Origin: Octopus sinensis
Taxonomy: Eukaryota
Direction of reading: 5' to 3'
DNA: 10,906 nucleotides
NCBI RefSeq assembly: GCF_006345805.1
Contig: NW_021827377.1
Coordinates: 1 to 10,906 of the forward strand
Shown here: positions 1 through 7,015 of the stretch, piece after piece
Layout of the letters: every line of letters begins with the position of its first letter
Position numbering within the stretch: position 1 is the stretch's first letter
The notes under the pieces: generated by a model
Seen by the model: the letters and a program-made list of their open reading frames with translations, nothing else
Databases searched by the model: none
What the model was told of the DNA's origin: nothing
Program-made: the position numbers and the translations under genes

Positions 1-1
1 T

Positions 2-863
2 TCTTCCAAAGAAATTTTCGAGAAAGCTGCTCCCTATCATAACTAGGCCCTAGCCAATAGTGGCTTCAAAGATAAATTAATATATAATCCCTCTAATAAT
101 AATCAAAATATTAATAACAGATCTAGTGGTATCAAAGATAAAGTAGTATATAACCACTCTAGTATCAACCAGAATAATAAGAAACCCCAAAACAGGCTAA
201 GGAAAAGTATTTAGTTTGCCCCTCCCTTTTCTCTTAATAAAAACTAACATTGGTAAAAGATACTTGCCTCTCCTAGACAAACACTTTCCAGCCACTCACT
301 GATAGAGGAAAATATTTAATAGGCGTTCTGTGAAATTATCATATAGCTGCTTTCCAAATAGGAAAAGAATCATTACACGTGGTCAATACCAAGAGCCTGA
401 ATCCAGTTGCAACTGTCGCCACCCAGGATCTTGTCCACTTGACCAACGATGTATGACTAAATATATTATATACGAGGCAGAAGTTACTGCAACCATAAAT
501 AATAATACAACTGATAAGAAGACCTATACTGGATTATGTGATGGTAAATTTAAAACTCTCTATGCCAATCACATAGCCTCCTTCCGACATAAGGATAAAA
601 GTAAAGCTAAATTGGCTAGTTACGTATGGACTTTGAAAGATAACGAAACAGCGCATGTGATTAAATGGAAAATAACTGAGAAATCCATACCTTATGTGAA
701 TGGATCAAATAAATGTAGACTGTGTTTGGCTGAAAGATCGCAGATCCTGTTCAGATCTAAGATCCCTATCTCACTTTTGAACTCCAGGTCAGAAGTCTTC
801 AGTGGTTGCATGCATATGTATAAATACATTTTGAAGAATTGGAAAATTTCCACCTGTTCCTGA
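2..863 (+). pseudogene. PLE RT-thumb plus C-terminal GIY-YIG endonuclease, disrupted
   Basis: Frame 2 reads EIFEKAAPYHN*ALANSGF...RKSI*FAPPFSLN. A frameshift near 239 leads to frame 3: [38 protein letters not shown]...CNCRHPGSCP...IIY...YTG...FKTLYANH...LASYVWTLK...CRLCLAE...LNSRSE...CMH. Stops fall at 44, 212, 300 and 303. The listed 330..863 ORF is only the last uninterrupted piece. Confidence 0.9.
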
Positions 864-1047
864 CTGACTTGATATCTTTCCAGCCTTATCATTTAAGGTC
901 TAACGAGAATATTTCTTTTACCTTTTTACTTTTTATTTTTTTACATTTTAGTTTTTGTTTTTGGTTTCCCGTTTAGTGTCTGTGTTTTCTATATGCTGCC
1001 TTCCCAGCTTTTTGCGTTGCTTCTATTGTTCAATTTCTTTAGTCCGT

Positions 1048-1125
1048 TATATGTGGTTTGCGCCTAAAGGATATGTTTGAGTTTTCTCAACATATGAAAT
1101 TATTAGTGGCGCTTTAATACATGTA
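1048..1125 (+). ncRNA. Degenerate type I hammerhead ribozyme (HHR1), probably inactive
   Basis: Stem I GCGC 1060-1063 pairs with GCGC 1109-1112. Core CTAAAGG 1064-1070 replaces CUGANGA. Stem II is ATATGTTTGAG-TTTT-CTCAACATAT (1071-1095), followed by GAAA 1096-1099, short stem III TTATTAG and T-G at the cleavage site. Stem I extends by pairing 1048-1055 with 1118-1125. Confidence 0.7.
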
Positions 1126-1203
1126 TTATGACCTTTACATAAATAATATCTATCTCTCACCAGATGGAGTACTTTTTGTGACCTTTCTTCACTGATCAGA
1201 CAT

Positions 1204-1244
<41 letters not shown>

Positions 1245-1253
1245 TATACATAT
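1204..1253. repeat. (TA)n microsatellite
   Basis: Direct reading. Confidence 0.95.
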
Positions 1254-1355
1254 GTATTAACTTTGAGGAAAGCTGCATAAATTTTTAGATCGTTCAACTT
1301 TTCTCAACTGATCAATAGACTAAATATGTAATGGCCACTATTTCTACCTTGACTG

Positions 1356-1387
1356 ATATATATATATATATATATATAATATATATA

Positions 1388-1437
<50 letters not shown>

Positions 1438-1448
1438 CATACATATAT
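1356..1448. repeat. (TA)n microsatellite
   Basis: Direct reading. Confidence 0.95.
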
Positions 1449-1471
1449 CATAACACAAATGGGTTTTGTGG

Positions 1472-1552
1472 TCACTACAGCTATTTCAATGTGTTCTTTA
1501 TTACTGAATAAAAGTGTTACAGCATGAGAAAAAAACCGTTTACATCAGGTGA
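1472..1552 (-). ncRNA. Degenerate type I hammerhead ribozyme (HHR2), likely a pseudo-LTR remnant of a different PLE
   Basis: The minus strand reads TCAC-CTGATGT-(54 nt)-GAAA-T-AGCT-G-TA-GTGA. Stem I is TCAC/GTGA, the CUGAUG core lacks A9, loop III is the palindrome AGCU, and the GUA cleavage triplet is intact. Stem II is imperfect. Confidence 0.6.
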
Positions 1553-1942
1553 ATACAGGTAAGAATTAGAAATAAGAACTTCTTGCAAAACAGGTCATAG
1601 AGTCAGATGACCCACCCGACCTGATTTCGGCAGGAGATTAAGTAGCTTAAGCTGTTACTAAGTTTATATCGAATAAACTCGTTAAAAGACCCGGAATTGA
1701 GAGGAGGTTGGGGAAGAAGTAGAAGGAAGTGGAGAGATTTAAAATGAAGAGTAAAAGGAGAGGAAGGTATATCGTTCGACCTCATAATGATTACCAGATG
1801 AAACTGCTGGTTGTAAATAAAATTCAGATTTTTTTTCCTAAAACAGTTGTATGTGTGTATCTTGTGTTTGTATGTGTTTGTCCCTGCCGTTTGGTAGCCA
1901 TATTTAGGGTATTCAGCGAAAGAAATTGAGAGAATAAGTAAC

Positions 1943-2349
1943 AGGCGCAGGAGTGGCTGTGTGGTAAGTAGCTTGCTAACCAACCACATGATTCCGGGTT
2001 CAGTCCCACTGCGTGGCATCTTGGGCAAGTGTCTTCTGCTATAGCCCCGGACCGACTAATGCCTTGTGAGTGGATTTGGTAGGCGAAAACTGAAAGAAAC
2101 CCGTTGTATATATGTATATATATATATGTGTATGTATGTGTGTGTTTGTGTGTCTGTGTTTGTCCCCCTAGCATTGCTTGACAACCGATGCTGGTGTGTT
2201 TACGGACCCGTAACTTAGCGGTTCGGCAAAAAGGGACCGATAGAATAAGTACTGGGCTTACAAAAAGAATAAGTCCCGGGGTCGAGTTGCTCGACTAAAG
2301 GCGGTGCTCCAGCATGGCCGCAGTCACATGACTGAAACAAGTAAAAGAG

Positions 2350-2379
<30 letters not shown>
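1943..2379 (+). mobile_element. tRNA-derived SINE (SINE1), near full length, with internal (TA)/(TG) tract and (GAAA)n tail
   Basis: A and B boxes are present, along with a CORE-like CTTGGGCAAGT motif. It is homologous to copies at 2960 and 9184. The tail spans 2351-2379. It resembles abundant octopus SINEs (recalled); the family name is not confirmed. Confidence 0.92.
1954..2007 (+). promoter_or_regulatory. Internal Pol III type 2 promoter of SINE1
   Basis: A-box-like TGGCTGTGTGG at 1954-1964 and B-box-like GGTTCAGTCCC at 1997-2007, with tRNA-like spacing. Confidence 0.7.
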
Positions 2380-2380
<1 letters not shown>

Positions 2381-2396
2381 GACGTAAAAATAAGTA

Positions 2397-2753
2397 CAGT
2401 GATACCTCGTAGTACGAGTTTAATTCGTTCCATGACCGAGCTCGTCTTACAATTTACTCGTTTTACAAATCAATTTTCCCTATTGAAATTAACTAAAATA
2501 TAATTAATCGTTCTAGCCATCAAAAGCCACTCAAAATTATTTTTTTTATGGCTTTTAAAAACAGAAAAGTTGTAGTTACTAGTAAAATGACAATTATAAA
2601 AAAGAGAATGCAAAAGAAATATGTAAACTGGTTTAATTAACCGAATGACCTTTGTGTTCTCGTACTGCAGATTTCCGCTCGCACTTCAAGACAAAAATTT
2701 GCACGTGTTTCGGCTCGTACAGCTAATTACTTGTACAATGGGGCATTCTACTG
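2397..2753. mobile_element. Tc1/mariner (Tigger/pogo-like) MITE, 357 bp
   Basis: Ends are TA|CAGTGATACCTCGTAGTACGAG and CTTGTACAATGGGGCATTCTACTG|TA, i.e. degraded inverted termini. A TA duplication flanks it (2395-2396, 2754-2755). Its removal restores SINE0. Confidence 0.75.
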
Positions 2754-3110
2754 TACAGAGGTTGGTTCAGCTAAACCAGTGGTTCTCAAGAGGGGTGGGA
2801 TGAATAAGGCTTTTGGGGTTCCATACGAGATTTTGTTGTTAAAATTTATATACCATACAGAATTATCCACAATACACAAAATATTTTCAAAGTTTTTTTT
2901 TTCAATACATTACTAATAATATTTAATTATAACAATATAAAAAGATTGTTCTATTACATAGGCGCAGGATTGGCTGTGTGGAAAGTAGCTTGCTTACCAA
3001 CCACATGGTTCTGGGGTCAGTCCCACTGCGTGGCAAGTGTCTTCTACTATAGCCTCGAACCGACCAAAGCCTTGGTAGACGGAAACTGAAAGGAGCCCGT
3101 CGTATATATA

Positions 3111-3522
3111 ATAATAATAATAATTTGAGGGAATATTATTCCAAACTTACAGGGAAATTTTCAATTTAGAAATACTAAATCAAATTTCACAAAATATAAT
3201 ATATATAAAATTATAAAAAAAAAACCCTTTTATTATTCAATTCAAAATGAAAAATATTAAATATACCATCTAGAAAATTAATATCATCATATTATATATG
3301 TATATATATATGTATATATATATATATATATTATATATAATGTGTGTATATATATAATTATAATATATATATATATATATATAATATATATATAATTAGG
3401 AAAAAACACCTTTTATCAATTCAAAATGAAAAATTAAATTATACCATCTATAAAATTCATATCATATATATATATGTATATATATATGTATATATATATA
3501 TATATTATATATATATGTGTGG

Positions 3523-3578
<56 letters not shown>

Positions 3579-3911
3579 TAGGAAAAAACACCTTTTATCA
3601 ATTCAAAATGAACAATTGAATTACAAACACCATCTAGAAAATTACATATAATAGAAAATATTAATATAAGATAAAAAATATACGATAATAAGTATGTGCG
3701 AAATAATAAATAAAACGTATATATTTGGCAGAATACACATATATACGTCTTATTTATTATTTTGCACATTACTTAATCATCGGTATATTTTTTTATCTTA
3801 TATTAATATTTCTATTATATGTAATTTTCTAGATGGTGTAATTCAATTGTTCATTTTGAATTGATAAAAGGTGTTTTTTTTTTTTCTAATTTATATATAT
3901 ATATTATATAG

Positions 3912-3948
<37 letters not shown>

Positions 3949-4084
3949 ATATATATATATATATTTATTTATTTATATACAAACATATACACCACATACG
4001 TAAATGGTCTTTTTACATACTGAACACTGCTTGGTAAAATTATTAACTACTAATTAATTAATTTTACCCTTATTATTATTGACA
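3111..4084. mobile_element. Very AT-rich insert in the SINE2 (TA)n tract with three tandem and one inverted copy of a ~70-150-bp unit; possibly PLE pseudo-LTR derived
   Basis: The unit AAAAAACACCTTTTATCAATTCAAAATGAA..ACCATCTAGAAAATT occurs at ~3217, ~3400 and ~3582, and inverted at ~3825-3885. PLE origin is an inference from the microsatellite target and the tandem/inverted layout. Confidence 0.6.
3575..3892. repeat. Long inverted repeat with ~150-bp arms and a 14-nt loop
   Basis: Left arm 3575-3724, loop TTGGCAGAATACAC 3725-3738, right arm 3739-3892. It contains perfect runs of 36 and 29 bp. Confidence 0.95.
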
Positions 4085-4403
4085 ATATATATATATGTGT
4101 GTGTGTGTGTTGTGTGTGTGTGTGAGTGTCTGTGTATATGTTTGTGTGTCTGTGTTTGTCACCCCAGCATCGCTTGACAACCGATGCTGGTGTGTTTACG
4201 CCCCCTAACAACCGATGCGAGTAAAATATGAAACAAAGGGGTCCAGAGGCAAAATGGTTGCGAACCACTAGGGTAAACCTTTCAAGACGATGCCCCAGAA
4301 TGGCCGCAAGTCCAATAACTGAAACAAGTAAAGGATATAAGATAAAAGAACACCACTATTACAACTACCACCACAAGAACACTACTACTACTCTACTACT
4401 ACT

Positions 4404-4439
<36 letters not shown>

Positions 4440-4594
4440 TTACTACTACTAATACTAATACTAATACTAATACTGCTGCTGCTGCACTACTACTACTGTT
4501 GATTCTACTACTACAACAACAACCACCTACTGCAACTATCATAAAATACCACTGTCACCACCACAAACAACCCCACTATAACTACCCACTATTG

Positions 4595-4630
<36 letters not shown>

Positions 4631-4736
4631 AGATCATTGACAACAGTGCCACCACAACAACCATTATCACTACTACCACTTTCACCATCTCTACAATCAC
4701 TCTCACAACACTTTTACTATCACCACCACCACTACA

Positions 4737-4915
4737 ACCACCATCACCACAACCACCATCACCACAACCACCATCACCACTACCACCATCACCACAACCA
4801 CCATACCACCACCACCATCACCACAACCACCATCACCACAACCACCATCACCACAACCACCATCACCACAACCACCATCACCACAACTACCATCACCACA
4901 ACCACCATCACCACC
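4737..4915. repeat. 15-bp minisatellite (ACCACCATCACCACA) x12
   Basis: Twelve units; unit 5 (4797-4810) is 14 bp. Confidence 0.95.
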
Positions 4916-5430
4916 ACTCAATACCATCACCACTACTATCATCATCATCATCATCACCACCACCACTACTACCACTATCACCGGCACCACCATTATCACC
5001 AACACCAACACCACTGTCACCATCACCACTACCACCCTCACTACCACTATCACTAACACCACCACTATCACAAACACCAACCCCCACAACCACCAACCCC
5101 ACCACCACTGTCACCACCACCACGATTACTATCATTTCTACTACCTCCTTTACCACCACAGAAACTATTTTGATAATAAGCACTCCTACAACTACAACAC
5201 CTACTACTATCATAACAATAACTTCTATTCCTATCTTTACCACTATCATTACATTAACCATTCCGAAACTACCACTCTGGATACTATCTCCTATACGACA
5301 CTAATGACAACATAGCAGCTACCACCACAACAATTACAACGGTATTTTTCAACTTATAGCATGTACAATAACTACAATGACACCACCAACAACAACAACA
5401 GCAGCAGCACCGAGTGCAGCAGCAACAACA

Positions 5431-5625
5431 AAAAACAATTACAAAAGCAACAGCATCAACAACAAAAACAATTACAAAAACAACAGCAGCAACAACAACA
5501 AAAACAACAAAAACAATTACAAAAACAACAGCAGCAACAACAACAACAAAAACAACAAAAACAATTACAAAAACAACAGCAGCAACAACAACAAAAACAA
5601 CAAAAACAACAAAAGCAACAAAAGC
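5431..5625. repeat. Higher-order CAA/CAG repeat anchored on CAATTAC
   Basis: Anchors at 5436, 5469, 5514 and 5562 give periods of 33, 45 and 48 bp. Confidence 0.9.
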
Positions 5626-6050
5626 AACAGGAGCAACAATAATAACAAAAACAACAGCAGCACCAACAACAACAACAACAATAACAGCAGACGGCAGTAA
5701 TAAAAACGACAGCAGCAACAAAAGAAAAAAACAACAACAGCAGCAGCAACAGCAGCAACAGACAGAAATCAGCAGCACTGGTACCAACGCCGACGACTCC
5801 GCCGACAGCAGCAATAATAACAACCTCAGCAGCAACAGTGGGTAAAGCTATAAAATGTGAAGCCATTTCTGTTGCTGCTGTTGTGTCTTTCTCTCTACCT
5901 TTGCATTGCGATGCAGTTTCATCAGGTTGGAATGTCAGGATTGGAGGGGAGGGGGGAAAGAAACGACATTCCTGGCATATTTCTGGTCAATTACCACAGG
6001 GGAAGGGAGGGGGAGAGAGAGAGGGGGGAAGTGAGGAAGGGAAGGTGAAT

Positions 6051-6069
6051 GGGTGGGTGGGTGGGTGGG
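6051..6069 (+). other. G-quadruplex-forming motif (GGGT)4GGG
   Basis: Five GGG tracts with 1-nt loops. Confidence 0.8.
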
Positions 6070-6961
6070 TGTTGTAGGAATGGTGGTAGGAGCGAGAGTT
6101 CCGTGGTGGTGGTGGTGGTGGTAGTGGTGGTGGTGATGGGGGTGATGGTGGTAGGGGTGATAGTGGTGGTTGTGTTGGTTGTGGTAGTGGTGGTTGTGGG
6201 TAGTAGTGGTGGTAACGGTGGTATAGTGGTGATGGTGGTAGTGGTGGTTGAGTTGGTTGTGGTGGTGGTGACAGTAGGTGATAGTAGGAGTAATAAAAGT
6301 AGTGACTGCGTGATAGTTGGGGTGGTAGTGGTGGTGGTGCTGTGTGTGTGTGTGTATGTGTGTGTGTAGAGAGAGACAGTGGTAGCAGTTACAGTGGTAG
6401 TAAAAGGAGATCGTAGGGGAGGTAGTATCAATAGTCGTGGAAATAAAAGTAGCGACAACGTCATAGTATAGTGGTGATGTTAATGATTGTGGTGGTGGTG
6501 GTGGTGGTGGTAAAGCAGTGGTAGCAGCTTTGGTGGTAGTAAATAGTGGTGATGGAGGTGGTGGAGGTAGTGGTGGTAGAAGTGGTGGTGGTAGTGGCTG
6601 TGTGGTGATTGTAGAGACAACAGTGGAGGTGGTAGTATAGATAGTGGTGGTAATAAAAAGCGGTGACAGTCGTGCTGGCTGTAGTTGTAGTAGCGGTGAT
6701 GACATTGGTGATGGTGGTAGTAGTAGTGGTGGTGGTGATGGTGGTGGTGGTGGTAGTGGTTGGCAATGGTAACAGTGGCGGTGGTAGCATTGGTGACAGT
6801 ATCGGTAATAGCAGCAGCAGCAGTAGTAGTAGTAGTAGTAGTATAGTAGTAGTAGTAGTGGTGGTGGTGGTGGTGGTGGTGGTGGTGGTGATGGTATTGG
6901 TGGTGGTTGTGGAATTAGTGGTAGTGCGGCACTGGGTGACAGTATTGGTGACAAATGTGGT

Positions 6962-7015
6962 GGTGGTCGCGGTGGTCGCGGTGGTCGCGGTGGTCGTGGT
7001 GATCGTGGTGATCGT
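6962..7015. repeat. 9-bp tandem repeat x6 with graded drift
   Basis: (GGTGGTCGC)3, GGTGGTCGT, (GGTGATCGT)2. Confidence 0.9.

Larger units (their letters stand above)
1..1200 (+). mobile_element. Decayed Penelope-like retroelement (PLE1), 3' portion: RT thumb, GIY-YIG endonuclease and 3' UTR/pseudo-LTR; continues upstream of the window
   Basis: PLE-type protein motifs over 2-863, a hammerhead-shaped fold at 1048-1125, and an end against (TA)n at ~1204. The 3' boundary is approximate. Confidence 0.9.
2960..4226 (+). mobile_element. SINE2 (SINE1 family), split in two: 2960-3110 and ~4085-4226
   Basis: The 5' half aligns with SINE1 up to the internal TA tract. The 3' half resumes with GTGTCTGTGTTTGTC...CGCTTGACAACCGATGCTGGTGTGTTTACG. 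There are several internal deletions and the 3' end is approximate. Confidence 0.88.
2777..4270. mobile_element. hAT (Charlie-like) MITE of about 235 bp, inflated to ~1.5 kb by nested insertions
   Basis: Left TIR CAGTGGTTCTCAA (2777-2789) and right TIR TTGCGAACCACTA (4258-4270) match 11/13. The 8-bp flanks AGCTAAAC (2769-2776) and GGGTAAAC (4271-4278) match 6/8, consistent with an aged TSD. Confidence 0.8.
1840..4349 (+). mobile_element. Old SINE (SINE0), 3' half, in four pieces: ~1840-1942, 2380-2396, 2756-2776, 4279-4349
   Basis: The joined pieces read GAGAGAATAAGTAAC|AGACGTAAAAATAAGTA|CAGAGGTTGGTTCAGCTAAAC|CTTTCAAGACGATGCCCCAGAATGGCCGCAAGTCCAATAACTGAAACAAGTAAAGG. This is colinear with SINE1 at ~2240-2347. 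Confidence 0.8.
4351..5840. repeat. Compound trinucleotide low-complexity block, C/A-rich on + (TAC, CAC, CAT, CAA, CAG)
   Basis: Direct reading. Confidence 0.95.

Noticed and set aside
300-305. In-frame TGA in PLE1 as possible selenocysteine, as described for some Naiad PLEs
   Set aside because: It is followed immediately by TAG, other stops and a frameshift are present, the position is not a Cys site, and no SECIS is evident.
692-892. 66-aa minus-strand ORF
   Set aside because: Antisense shadow of the PLE1 endonuclease region.
1300-1350. CTGATCA...GTAA-TGGCCA hammerhead-like remnant
   Set aside because: Too many core mismatches and no adjacent stem I pairing.
1523-1558. 36-nt candidate exon (TTACAG|...CAG|GTAAGA) encoding MRKKPFTSGEY, faintly like a C2H2 linker or hAT motif
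   Set aside because: The acceptor is weak, similarity does not continue downstream, and the segment overlaps the minus-strand hammerhead, which explains it better.
1943-2015. tRNA gene
   Set aside because: A and B boxes are present but there is no full cloverleaf; it is a SINE head continuing into the SINE body.
1603-2433. ORFs over SINE1; similar ORFs at 4050-4268, 9010-9420 and 10132-10404
   Set aside because: They are translations of non-coding SINE sequence, and the same peptides recur in each copy.
3217-3892. CRISPR-like repeat-spacer pattern
   Set aside because: The spacers are (TA)n, the repeats are long and diverged, the context is eukaryotic and there are no cas genes.
5842-5916. 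Possible 75-nt GT-AG intron with a pyrimidine tract joining the Q/T/N-rich ORFs to downstream sequence
   Set aside because: The spliced product resembles nothing I recognise and the flanks are simple repeats. Only spliced reads could rescue it.
5902-5925. Minus-strand CTGATGA followed by a TGCAT/ATGCA hairpin
   Set aside because: There is no GAAA after the stem and no stem I or III partners, so it is not a hammerhead.
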